A stretch of DNA of 64,000 nt, taken from assembly GCA_038209515.1 (NCBI GenBank), contig JBBQXQ010000004.1:1078-65077 (forward strand), in the 5' to 3' direction. Under the pieces are notes generated by a model. It was not told the origin of the DNA and searched no databases. It was given only the letters and a program-made list of their open reading frames with translations. A program made the position numbers and the translations under genes. Positions 46,321 through 59,649 of this stretch are shown piece by piece. Numbering within the stretch: position 1 is the stretch's first letter; each line of letters begins with the position of its first letter. Source of the DNA: Gemmatimonadales bacterium (GTDB lineage: Bacteria; Gemmatimonadota; Gemmatimonadetes; Gemmatimonadales; GWC2-71-9).

Positions 46321-47023
46321 GGCTCGAGTGCTCGGTTGAGGTTGTTGTCAAGTCGGAAAGCCTGTCCTGAGCGAAGCGAACGGGCCCGCGGATACCGTGC
46401 AACACCAGGTCGATGACGTGGCGCTTCCGCCGGTCGATCTCGTCCCGGTCTTCCAGGCGAACGCCCACCGCAGGCGCCACGGTGCGGGCGTGAATCATGG
46501 GGAACCAGCAGAGCGAGATGATGCTGAGCAGGAGCTGTGCCGCCTCACCCGACGGCGCATCGTCCAGGCCGAGCTCGGCGCTCATGGCAGCCAGCGCTTC
46601 CTGGCCGGCGGATAGATGGCTCAACCCATGGGGCAGCCTCGTGCCGCTCAGCGCTTCCCGCTCGATCAGCCGGACGAAGTTGGGTCGCGCGGCCAGGAAG
46701 TCGAAATAGTCGGAGACGGCACCGGCCAGAATGGCTTCAGCGCCTTCGTTGCTCGCGAGCGCCCTGGCCCGGCCTTCGCGCACCGCGTCACGGACCTCGG
46801 CAAAGGACCGATCCAGGACGGCTTGGTATAGCTCGGCCTTGGATCGGAAGAAGTAGCCCGGCGTCCCGCGAGAGACGCCCGCAGCAGCCCCAACCTGAGT
46901 CAGGCTAGTGGCATCATACCCCTCGTCGGCAAAGAGCTGCTCCGCGGCGTCCAGAATCGCCGCTCGGCTCCGGTCGGGGTTCCGCACTCGCTCGTGATTG
47001 GTGGCCAATGTGCTCTCGTGCAA
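46313..47023 (-). CDS. TetR/AcrR family transcriptional regulator
   Basis: HTH RSRAAILDAAEQLFADEGYDATSLTQVGAAAGVSRGTPGYFF. TTG start. 8-nt overlap (ATGACTGA) with the ACAD start. Confidence 0.88.
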   Translation of the reverse strand: MHESTLATNHERVRNPDRSRAAILDAAEQLFADEGYDATSLTQVGAAAGVSRGTPGYFFRSKAELYQAVLDRSFAEVRDAVREGRARALASNEGAEAILAGAVSDYFDFLAARPNFVRLIEREALSGTRLPHGLSHLSAGQEALAAMSAELGLDDAPSGEAAQLLLSIISLCWFPMIHARTVAPAVGVRLEDRDEIDRRKRHVIDLVLHGIRGPVRFAQDRLSDLTTTSTEHSSHD

Positions 47024-47037
47024 TGGGTTGCAGCTTG

Positions 47038-47053
47038 CTTGCTGATTAGCAAG
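47038..47053. promoter_or_regulatory. candidate TetR operator palindrome
   Basis: CTTGCT-GATT-AGCAAG lies 15 nt upstream of the tetR start codon. Confidence 0.35.
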
Positions 47054-47109
47054 TTACCGCGCTGGCAGGGAGCCGTCAAGCGGTCTGGCAACGATCTCGG
47101 CTGCCCATT

Positions 47110-47456
47110 GGCGTCGACGCCCGCCCTTCGGGCGGGCATGCATCATTCATTCATTTGCGCGTGGACGCGCACCCGGCCCTTACGGGCCGGGCTCTTCGTT
47201 TGGCGCGGTCCGTCCGGACCGCGGACGCTCCGTGCGCCCCAACGTCCCGATGTCCAAGGCCTAACTCAAGATTCGGATTTGCTCGCGTGGACAGCGGAGT
47301 CATGGATCAGACACATTTGACGTCGAGCCTTCTTCGCGCTGGGAGCATCCGCGGTCCGGCGGACCGCGCCATTCCGTAGCCCGGCCCGTAAGGGCCGGGT
47401 GCGCGTCGACGCGCAAAAGAGAATCACGGCCCGCCGCCAGGCGGGCGTTTTTGGCG
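47110..47456. repeat. ~350-bp compound palindrome: four GC hairpins (A-B-C-D), ~125-bp lower-GC core, then D'-C'-B'-A'
   Basis: A GCCCGCCcttcgGGCGGGC (47119); B GCGCGTggACGCGC (47157); C CCCGGCCCttacGGGCCGGG (47172); D CGCGGTCCGtcCGGACCGCG (47204). They are mirrored at 47350 (D'), 47379-47414 (C'B', 1 mismatch to the reverse complement of BC) and 47429 (A', followed by TTTTT). Confidence 0.9.
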
Positions 47457-47457
47457 T

Positions 47458-52122
<4,665 letters not shown>

Positions 52123-52174
52123 GGTGCCTCCTGAGTTGTCGTGCCCCCATCGGCCGGAGAGGCCGAGCTCGGGG

Positions 52175-52208
52175 CAACAAAAAAGCCCGCTCCACGTCGG
52201 GAGCAGGC
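52175..52208 (-). terminator. terminator-like hairpin plus U-run inside the gltB 5' leader (putative attenuator)
   Basis: Minus strand: GCCTGCTCC cgacgt GGAGCGGGC TTTTTTGTTG, ending 53 nt upstream of the gltB ATG. The one non-Watson-Crick pair is G-U only on the minus strand. Confidence 0.5.
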
Positions 52209-52355
52209 CTGGGGTCGCGCGAACGCGCTAACTCACCCGGGCGCTCCCCTGGAGCGGACGAGATTGAGATTAATGACGACGGTGAGCGGCGCGTTCATGG
52301 CCCGCATTATTATACATCGCGATGAATGTGTCAAGGCGGAGGACAAACGGGCTCC

Positions 52356-52384
52356 TTGACATGTCCCCGGGATTGTCGTAGCCT
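52356..52384 (+). promoter_or_regulatory. putative promoter of the leu/ilv super-operon (back-to-back with a candidate gltB promoter at 52306-52334 on the minus strand)
   Basis: Plus strand: TTGACA (52356-52361), 17 nt, TAGCCT (52379-52384). Minus strand: TTGACA (52334-52329), 17 nt, AATAAT (52311-52306). Confidence 0.45.
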
Positions 52385-52428
52385 CCAGATCCAATGATGC
52401 ATAAGTTTTCAAACTGAGCTCGGGCACA

Positions 52429-52530
52429 ATGCAGACCAGTCTCCTCCTAGTCGTCGTCGTCCTTCTCGGCCTCCTTACCGTCCTTATCGGTGAGCGAGAG
52501 GTCCGCGGCGTGCTACGACGAGCAACATGA
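52429..52530 (+). CDS. BCAA leader peptide MQTSLLLVVVVLLGLLTVLIGEREVRGVLRRAT
   Basis: 33 codons, not in the ORF track. 14 of codons 5-20 are Leu, Val or Ile. It lies between the promoter and the terminator and directly upstream of leuA. Confidence 0.7.
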   Translation: MQTSLLLVVVVLLGLLTVLIGEREVRGVLRRAT

Positions 52531-52555
52531 GACATTGAGTCTCCCTGATTGCCCC

Positions 52556-52590
52556 CAGCGCCGCGGACGAATCCGCGGCGCTTTTTGTTT
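52556..52590 (+). terminator. attenuator terminator of the leu/ilv leader
   Basis: GCGCCGCGGA cgaa TCCGCGGCGC TTTTTGTTT. The 5' arm plus the next base, CGCCGCGGAC (52559-52568), is also perfectly complementary to GTCCGCGGCG at 52501-52510 inside the leader ORF, which gives an antiterminator. Confidence 0.75.
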
Positions 52591-52614
52591 GCTCCTCAAC
52601 CTTTAAGGGTACGT

Positions 52615-54171
52615 ATGGCCAGCCAGGAAGTCCTGATCTTCGACACTACTCTCCGCGACGGCGAGCAGGCCCCCGGCAACAGCCTGTCGCCGGAGGAGAA
52701 GCTCCGGCTGGCGCGTCAGCTCGATGCCCTGAGAGTCGACATCATCGAGGCCGGCTTCCCGGCAGCCTCCGAGGATGACTTCCGCAGCGTCCGGGAGATC
52801 GCCGCCGAGATCCGTCGTCCAGTCATCGCGGCACTCGCCCGCTGTCACGAGCGCGACATCGACCTGGCCGGCGAGGCCCTGGGCGGGGCCGAGCGCGGCC
52901 GAATCCATGTGTTCGTCTCCACCTCCGACCTGCACATCCGCGAGAAGCTGCGCACCACGCGGGCGGCGGTCCTCGAGATGACCCGCACCGCAGTGCGCCG
53001 GGCCAGGCAGTATACCGATGACGTGGAGTTCTCCGCGGAGGACGCCAGCCGAACCGACCCGGACTACCTCTGTCAGGTGATCGAGGCCGCAATCGAGGCG
53101 GGCGCCACCACGATCAACTTGCCCGACACGGTGGGGTACGCCACACCCGCTGAGTACGCCGAGATGTTCCGGAGCGTGCGCGAGCGCGTGCCGGGTGTGG
53201 ATGGGGTCGTCCTCAGCGCCCATTGCCACGACGATCTCGGTCTGGCTGTCGCGAACACGCTGGCGGCCATCGCGGCCGGGGCTACGCAGGTGGAGTGTAC
53301 GGTCAACGGCATAGGAGAGCGGGCCGGCAACGCCGCTTTGGAGGAGATCGTGATGGCGAGCCGGGTCAGGGGACCGGCGCTCGCATTCCAGTGCCAGGTG
53401 GAGTCGCGCGAGATCCATCGTACCAGCCAACTGCTCTCCCATCTCACCGGCGTCTTCCCCCAGCCGAACAAAGCCATCGTGGGCCGCAATGCATTCGCCC
53501 ATGAAGCGGGCATTCACCAGCATGGGATGCTCCAGAACGGCCTCACCTACGAGATCATCCAGCCGGAGATGGTGGGGATTCCGCGCTCGACCCTGGTCCT
53601 CGGCAAGCATTCCGGGCGGTACGCCCTGGAGCGGCGGTACCAGGAGCTGGGATATCAGCTGGGTGAGGACGAGCTGGCCGAGGTGTACCAGGGGTTCACC
53701 GCGTTGGCAGACCGGAAGCGGGAGATCCTGGACGAGGATCTGCTGGCCCTCCTGCACGAGAGCTTCCACGATGCGCCGGAGGAGTTCCAGATGACCCACC
53801 TCCGCGTGGTCTGCGGCAGCGTGACGGCGACAGCCGAGGTTCGGATGACCGGCTTGTGGGCCGGCGAGCGCTCAGCCCGCGGCACCGGCGATGGTCCTAT
53901 CGCCGCGGCGTTCACCGCGGTGAGTGAGATCCTTGGCCGTCACGTCGAGGTCTTGAGTCTCACCCTCCGATCGGTCACGCCGGGACGGGACAGTGTCGGG
54001 CAGGTCTTTCTCCAGGCCAAGATCGATGGGAAGTCGCTCTCCGGGCACAGCGCTTCTACTGATATCGTGGAGGCGAGTGCCCGAGCGCTGGTGCACGCCC
54101 TCAACAAGGCCCGGCATGCGGAGAAGCTGGAGGCCAGTTCGTTGAATTCGGTGTACCTGTGGGGTGTGTAA
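52615..54171 (+). CDS. leuA: 2-isopropylmalate synthase
   Basis: VLIFDTTLRDGEQAPG, HCHDDLGLAVANTLAA, and a LeuA-dimer C-terminal regulatory domain. ATG 52615. Confidence 0.95.
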   Translation: MASQEVLIFDTTLRDGEQAPGNSLSPEEKLRLARQLDALRVDIIEAGFPAASEDDFRSVREIAAEIRRPVIAALARCHERDIDLAGEALGGAERGRIHVFVSTSDLHIREKLRTTRAAVLEMTRTAVRRARQYTDDVEFSAEDASRTDPDYLCQVIEAAIEAGATTINLPDTVGYATPAEYAEMFRSVRERVPGVDGVVLSAHCHDDLGLAVANTLAAIAAGATQVECTVNGIGERAGNAALEEIVMASRVRGPALAFQCQVESREIHRTSQLLSHLTGVFPQPNKAIVGRNAFAHEAGIHQHGMLQNGLTYEIIQPEMVGIPRSTLVLGKHSGRYALERRYQELGYQLGEDELAEVYQGFTALADRKREILDEDLLALLHESFHDAPEEFQMTHLRVVCGSVTATAEVRMTGLWAGERSARGTGDGPIAAAFTAVSEILGRHVEVLSLTLRSVTPGRDSVGQVFLQAKIDGKSLSGHSASTDIVEASARALVHALNKARHAEKLEASSLNSVYLWGV

Positions 54172-54174
54172 ACA

Positions 54175-55878
54175 ATGACTGAAACCCTGACCGGCTCTCA
54201 AATCCTCTGCCGCGCGCTGCTGGAGCAGGGAGTCGACGTCCTGTTCGGGTATCCCGGCGGCGCGATCATGCCGTTCTATCACGCCTTGCCCGAGTATCCC
54301 GGCCTGCGCCACGTGCTGGTGCGGCACGAGCAGGCCGCCGCCCACGCAGCCGACGGGTACGCCAGGGCGAGCGGACGCGCCGGTGTGTGTGTCGCGACCT
54401 CGGGTCCCGGGGCGACGAACCTGGTCACTGGCCTTGCCACCGCCCATATGGACAACGCGCCCGTGGTTGCGATTACCGGACAAGTCGCTCGGGCCATGAT
54501 GGGCCGGGACGCGTTCCAGGAGACCGACATCATCGGGATTACCCAGCCGATCACCAAGCACAACCGGCTGGTGGAGGACGTCGAGGAGCTGGAGGACGCC
54601 GTGGCAGAGGCCTTCTACGTCGCACAGGAAGGCCGGCCGGGCCCGGTGCTGATCGATATTCCGAAGGACGTGCAGAATCAGAAGGCGGAGTGGAAAGGCG
54701 GTCAGGCGGTCAGGCGGTCAGGCGGTCACTTGGAATCGACCGACCGACCGCCCGTCCGCCCGCCGGGCCTCGAAGACGCCACTCGTCTGATCGCCGAGGC
54801 CCAGCGTCCCCTCATTATGGCGGGTCACGGTGTCCTGCTCTCGAATGCCTACGCCGAGCTTCGTGCTCTGGCCGAGCGCACCGGGATTCCGGTGATCACC
54901 ACGCTGCTTGGGATCAGCGGATTCCCGGAGTCGCATCCACTCCACCTGGGTATGCCGGGGATGCACGGCGAGGTCCACGTCAATCGCGCCATCCAGCAGG
55001 CCGATCTCATCATCGGACTCGGCCTCCGATTCGACGACCGGGTGACTGGCAACCTCGCGGGCTTCGCGCGCGGGGCCAAGGTCATTCACGTGGACCTCGA
55101 TCCGTCCGAAATCGGCAAGAATGTGCCAGTCGCAATCGGGATCGTGGGCGACGTGCGGGCGGTGTTATGCTCGCTGCTGGATATGGTAGCGCCGCGACAT
55201 TGCGACGCGTGGCGGGAGGAAATCGCCGGGTTCGTCCGGCCTCGGCAGGAGGCCTTTCGGGGAGGACTGACTCCAGAGACTATCCTCGATGCCATCGACG
55301 GGGCTACCTCGGGCCGCTGCTCCATCGTCTCGGATGTGGGCCAGCATCAGATGTGGGTCGCCAAGCTCTTTCGTTATCAGCGTCCCAACAGCCACATCAC
55401 CTCCGGCGGTCTCGGCACGATGGGGTTCGCCGTACCGGCCGCGATGGGCGTGGCCCTGGCACGGCCGGATGAACCGGTGTGGGCGATCTCGGGCGACGGC
55501 GGTTTTCAGATGAACATGCAGGAGATGGCGACGATGGTGCAGGAAGGGATCCCGGTGAAGATGGCGATCTTCAACAACGGATACCTTGGCATGGTGCGGC
55601 AGTGGCAGCAGTTCTTCCATGGTAAGCGCTACTCGGCGACCCCGATCTGGAGTCCCGACTATGTGCGGCTGGCTGAGGCCTATGGCATTGCCGGCTGGCG
55701 GGTGGAGTCGGCGGATCAGGCCCAATCCGTGGTCCGCGAGGCGACGGCCCAACCCGGTCCGGCCCTGGTGGAGTTCGTCATCGAGCAGGAGGCGAACGTC
55801 TACCCCATGATTCCGCCGGGTGGCTCTCTCTCGGAGCCGATCGAGGGCGAACCTGTGCCGCCACTGGTGCCCGCATGA
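54175..55878 (+). CDS. ilvB: acetolactate synthase large subunit (biosynthetic type)
   Basis: ThDP enzyme pattern (GYPGGAIMPFYHAL, GPGATNLVTG, GLGTMGFAVPAAMG, GDGGFQMN). Confidence 0.95.
   Translation: MTETLTGSQILCRALLEQGVDVLFGYPGGAIMPFYHALPEYPGLRHVLVRHEQAAAHAADGYARASGRAGVCVATSGPGATNLVTGLATAHMDNAPVVAITGQVARAMMGRDAFQETDIIGITQPITKHNRLVEDVEELEDAVAEAFYVAQEGRPGPVLIDIPKDVQNQKAEWKGGQAVRRSGGHLESTDRPPVRPPGLEDATRLIAEAQRPLIMAGHGVLLSNAYAELRALAERTGIPVITTLLGISGFPESHPLHLGMPGMHGEVHVNRAIQQADLIIGLGLRFDDRVTGNLAGFARGAKVIHVDLDPSEIGKNVPVAIGIVGDVRAVLCSLLDMVAPRHCDAWREEIAGFVRPRQEAFRGGLTPETILDAIDGATSGRCSIVSDVGQHQMWVAKLFRYQRPNSHITSGGLGTMGFAVPAAMGVALARPDEPVWAISGDGGFQMNMQEMATMVQEGIPVKMAIFNNGYLGMVRQWQQFFHGKRYSATPIWSPDYVRLAEAYGIAGWRVESADQAQSVVREATAQPGPALVEFVIEQEANVYPMIPPGGSLSEPIEGEPVPPLVPA
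54684..54764. repeat. inverted 8-mer arrays inside ilvB: (GGCGGTCA)4 at 54697-54728, 9-nt spacer, degenerate CGACCGCC-type array at 54738-54764
   Basis: Direct reading. Translated in frame as GGQAVRRSGGHLESTDRPPVRPPG, in the linker between the Pyr domain and the central domain. Confidence 0.9.
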
Positions 55879-56381
55879 CGGTGGCGCGCGCCGTGTCGGT
55901 GCTGCTGGAGGATCGTTGGATCACGCTGAACCGCGCGGTCGGGCTCATCCGGCGGCGCAACCTCCCGGTGCACAGTCTGGCCGTAGGGCCAACTGCCACG
56001 CCGGGACTCTCGAGGCTCACGATAATGATTCACTCGGACACAGCGACGGCCGACCGGGCCGTGCAGCATCTGCAGAAGGTGGTTGGCGTCCGTGCGGCGG
56101 TGGCATTTCCGGCCGGGGAAGGAGTGGTCCGTGAGCTCGCCCTGGTCAAGGTTCGTGCGCCGCACGAGCGATATGGTGAGCTGCTCGACGTGGTCCAGCT
56201 GTACAATGCTTCGGTGGTGGACGACTCCGCCGACGCGATGATCGTGGAGCTCAGCGGCTCCGAGGCCTTCGTGCTCTCGTGCATCCGGGCCCTCGAGCGC
56301 TTCGGCGTGGTCGAGGTGGCCCGCAGCGGCACGATCGCGCTGGGCTCAGGCAATGACATTCAATCCGGGACGTTACCATGA
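55875..56381 (+). CDS. ilvN: acetolactate synthase small (regulatory) subunit
   Basis: ACT-domain pattern ([32 protein letters not shown]). ATGA overlap. Confidence 0.88.
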   Translation: MTVARAVSVLLEDRWITLNRAVGLIRRRNLPVHSLAVGPTATPGLSRLTIMIHSDTATADRAVQHLQKVVGVRAAVAFPAGEGVVRELALVKVRAPHERYGELLDVVQLYNASVVDDSADAMIVELSGSEAFVLSCIRALERFGVVEVARSGTIALGSGNDIQSGTLP

Positions 56382-57481
56382 CCACGCCAGTGCGGGTGTA
56401 CTACGATGCCGACGCCGACCAGAGCCGCCTGGACGGCCGCACCTTTGCCATCATCGGGTATGGCAGCCAGGGACACGCCCACGCCTTGAACCTCCGGGCA
56501 AGCGGAGCAGACGTCATCGTGGGACTGCGGCGCGGCGGAGGATCATGGGAACGTGCCCGTGCCGCGGGTCTCGACGTCCAGACGGTGGCCGAAGCAGCGG
56601 AGGCCGCCGACGTGATCATGATGCTGGTGCCGGACCAGGACGCCCGCGCCATCTATGAAGGCGGCGTCGTGCAGGGCCTTCGACCGGGCAAGACGCTGAT
56701 GTTCGCTCACGGGTTCAATGTGCACTATGGCGAGATCGTGCCACCCGATGGGGTCGATGTCTCGATGGTCGCGCCCAAGTCTCCCGGTCATCTGGTGCGG
56801 AGTGAGTTCGAAGCCGGCCGGGGGGTGCCTGGTCTGGTCGCCGTGCATCAGGACGCAAGCGGGGAAGCTTTGGCCAACGCACTGGCATACGCCGCCGGGA
56901 TCGGTTGCACCCGGGCCGGGGTCATCGAGACCTCCTTTCGGGAGGAAACAGAGACCGACCTGTTCGGCGAGCAAGCGGTGCTCTGCGGCGGCGTCACCGC
57001 ACTGGTCAAGGCCGGTTTCGAGACCCTCACCGCTGCGGGCTACCGGCCGGAGATGGCCTACTTCGAATGTCTCCACGAGCTCAAGCTCATCGTGGACCTC
57101 ATGTACCGGGGTGGCCTCCAGTTCATGCGCTACTCGATCAGCGATACGGCGGAGTACGGCGATTACACCCGCGGCCCCCGGGTGATTACAGAGGAAACGC
57201 GGGCGGAGATGCGCCGGATTCTCGATGCCATCCAGGACGGCTCCTTCGCCCAGGAGTGGCTGGCAGAGAACCGAGCCGGGCGGGCCAACTTCGACCGGCT
57301 TCGGAAGGCCGACCACGACCACGAGATCGAGCGGGTCGGGGCCGAGCTCCGGGCCATGATGCCGTGGTCCGAGGAAGGGAAGCGGGGTGGTAAGACGGAG
57401 AGGACGGAGAAGGCGGAGAAGCCGGAGAAGGCGGTGAAGTCGAAACGGCCTCACCGTCCCGCGCACCCGCTGCCTCGCTGA
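56378..57481 (+). CDS. ilvC: ketol-acid reductoisomerase (class I) with Lys/Glu-rich C-terminal tail
   Basis: [16 protein letters not shown] and the KARI C-domain. The tail [31 protein letters not shown] lies beyond the usual end. Confidence 0.95.
   Translation: MTTPVRVYYDADADQSRLDGRTFAIIGYGSQGHAHALNLRASGADVIVGLRRGGGSWERARAAGLDVQTVAEAAEAADVIMMLVPDQDARAIYEGGVVQGLRPGKTLMFAHGFNVHYGEIVPPDGVDVSMVAPKSPGHLVRSEFEAGRGVPGLVAVHQDASGEALANALAYAAGIGCTRAGVIETSFREETETDLFGEQAVLCGGVTALVKAGFETLTAAGYRPEMAYFECLHELKLIVDLMYRGGLQFMRYSISDTAEYGDYTRGPRVITEETRAEMRRILDAIQDGSFAQEWLAENRAGRANFDRLRKADHDHEIERVGAELRAMMPWSEEGKRGGKTERTEKAEKPEKAVKSKRPHRPAHPLPR
57395..57439. repeat. 5 x 9-bp tandem array (GCGGAGAAG-type) encoding [15 protein letters not shown]
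   Basis: Units are acggagagg, acggagaag, gcggagaag, ccggagaag, gcggtgaag. Confidence 0.9.
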
Positions 57482-58941
57482 TGCCGCGCACCCTATTCGA
57501 GAAGGTCTGGGACGCCCACGTCGTCAGCCAGGTACCAGGGGGACCTGCGCTGCTCTACGTGGATTTACATCTGGTGCATGAGGTCACGTCGCCCCAGGCG
57601 TTCGAGGGACTCCGGCTGGCCGGGCGCCGAGTGCGGCGGCCGGAGCGCACCGTCGCCACAGTCGATCACAACGTGTCCACCGGTGACCGAAGCCTCCCCA
57701 TAGCCGACGAGATCTCGGCTCGGCAGCTCGATGCACTTCGCCGCAACGCGGGTGAATTCGGAATCGAGCTGCTGGACCTCGACTCACCGGAGCAGGGCAT
57801 CGTTCACGTCATTGGGCCGGAACTGGGTCTCACCCAGCCCGGGATGACCATTGTCTGTGGCGACTCCCATACCTCGACCCATGGCGCGTTCGGCGCCCTC
57901 GCCTTTGGCATCGGCACCAGCGAGGTGGAGCACGTGTTGGCCACTCAGTGTGTGATGCAGAGTCTTCCCAAGACCATGGAGGTCCAGTTCACCGGCCGGG
58001 CTCAGCCCGGAATCTCGGCTAAGGACCTGATCCTCGCCCTGATCCGCCGGATCGGCACCGCGGGCGGCGCCGGGCACGTGATCGAGTACACCGGGGAGGC
58101 AATCAGGGCGCTGTCGATGGAAGGCCGCATGACGGTCTGCAACATGTCCATCGAGGCAGGAGCACGGGCCGGGATGGTGGCGCCGGACGACACCACCGTC
58201 GCGTATCTGGCCGGCAGGACTCGCGCACCCAAGGGTGACGACTGGAACCGGGCTGTCGCCGGCTGGAGCGCGTTGCGGAGCGATCCCGGCGCCCGGTATG
58301 ACCGGCAGATCGTGCTGGACGCGAGCGCGATCGAGCCCCAGGTCACCTGGGGCACCAACCCCGCCATGACCGCGAATATCTCGGAGCGCGTGCCCGATCC
58401 ATCTCTCGCAACCTCAGTGGCGGAGCGTGAATCGTATCGGCGCGCACTCGACTATATGGGCCTTCGCCCCGGTGTGCCGCTCGAGGGCTTGCCGGTCGAT
58501 CGGGTATTCCTCGGCTCCTGCACCAACGCACGGCTCGAGGATCTGCGTGAAGCTGCCAGAGTAGCACAGGGCCGCCGAGTAGCGCGTGGAGTGCGTGCGA
58601 TGGTCGTGCCTGGGTCGCAGCAGGTGAAGGCCGCTGCGGAGCACGAAGGATTAGACCGCATCTTCATTGATGCCGGTTTCGAATGGCGGAATCCCGGCTG
58701 CTCCATGTGCCTCGGCATGAACGAGGATGTGCTCGGCGCGGACGAGCGCTGCGCATCGACCTCGAATCGCAACTTCGAGGGTCGGCAGGGAAGAGGAGGC
58801 CGCACGCACCTGGTGAGTCCGGCCATGGCGGCGGCCGCGGCGATTGCCGGATGCCTCACCGATGTGCGCGCGCTTATGCAGAGCGGGCGGGAGTCCCATG
58901 CATCCGCTGAACGCCCGTATGCAGTGTATTATGGAGCTTGA
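57481..58941 (+). CDS. leuC: 3-isopropylmalate dehydratase large subunit
   Basis: Aconitase-family motifs ([34 protein letters not shown]). Confidence 0.95.
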   Translation: MPRTLFEKVWDAHVVSQVPGGPALLYVDLHLVHEVTSPQAFEGLRLAGRRVRRPERTVATVDHNVSTGDRSLPIADEISARQLDALRRNAGEFGIELLDLDSPEQGIVHVIGPELGLTQPGMTIVCGDSHTSTHGAFGALAFGIGTSEVEHVLATQCVMQSLPKTMEVQFTGRAQPGISAKDLILALIRRIGTAGGAGHVIEYTGEAIRALSMEGRMTVCNMSIEAGARAGMVAPDDTTVAYLAGRTRAPKGDDWNRAVAGWSALRSDPGARYDRQIVLDASAIEPQVTWGTNPAMTANISERVPDPSLATSVAERESYRRALDYMGLRPGVPLEGLPVDRVFLGSCTNARLEDLREAARVAQGRRVARGVRAMVVPGSQQVKAAAEHEGLDRIFIDAGFEWRNPGCSMCLGMNEDVLGADERCASTSNRNFEGRQGRGGRTHLVSPAMAAAAAIAGCLTDVRALMQSGRESHASAERPYAVYYGA

Positions 58942-59043
58942 GCATTGTAGCGTAAGTGCAAGTATTGACGTCTGTTGTGGATTCGACGTGAGAAGCTTTG
59001 TAGAACTGCTCCCGCTTCTGCGCGCATAAAGTTCAGGGGACGT

Positions 59044-59649
59044 ATGCAGCCATTCATTTCCCACCGGGGACGCGTCGCCGCCCTGCGACGAGTCAACGTC
59101 GACACCGATCAGATCATTCCGAAGCAGCTCCTCAAGCGCATCGAGCGCTCTGGCTTCGGACCGTTTCTGTTCTATGACTGGCGCTACCGTCCCGATGGCC
59201 GCGAGAACCCGGACTTCGAGCTCAACCGGAGCGAGTCACGCGGAGCGACGGTGCTGCTCGCGGGAGCCAACTTCGGGTGCGGCTCCTCGCGCGAGCATGC
59301 GCCGTGGGCGCTCGCCGATTTCGGTTTCCGGGCAATCATCGCGCCGTCATTCGCCGACATCTTCTACGCCAACTGCTGTCAGAACGGATTGTTGCCGGTG
59401 GCTCTGCCAGGAGCCGTAGTGGACGATCTATTCGAGCGCTGTGCCGGATCGCAGGGACTCGAGCTCACGATCGACCTGGAGGCGCAATCGGTGCGAGATG
59501 ATCCCGAACTGAATGTCCCATTCGAGATCGACTCCTATCGGCGCGAGATGCTGATGCGTGGGCTGGATGAGATCGGTCGGACGCTACTGGACGAATCCAG
59601 GATCACCGCGTTCGAGCGTCGGCGCACGCTGGCAGCGGGCGCACCGTGA
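59044..59649 (+). CDS. leuD: 3-isopropylmalate dehydratase small subunit
   Basis: [32 protein letters not shown] 59044. Confidence 0.93.
   Translation: MQPFISHRGRVAALRRVNVDTDQIIPKQLLKRIERSGFGPFLFYDWRYRPDGRENPDFELNRSESRGATVLLAGANFGCGSSREHAPWALADFGFRAIIAPSFADIFYANCCQNGLLPVALPGAVVDDLFERCAGSQGLELTIDLEAQSVRDDPELNVPFEIDSYRREMLMRGLDEIGRTLLDESRITAFERRRTLAAGAP

Noticed and set aside
52233-52535. 100-aa minus-strand ORF covering the gltB/leuA divergent control region.
   Set aside because: It spans both promoters and runs antisense to the BCAA leader peptide. Only its last 21 codons are considered, as a speculative gltB leader mini-ORF.
52385-52614. T-box or other riboswitch upstream of leuA.
   Set aside because: The region is too short for a T-box and I could read no specifier, T-box or conserved riboswitch core. 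The Leu/Val/Ile leader ORF plus the alternative pairing explains the structure.
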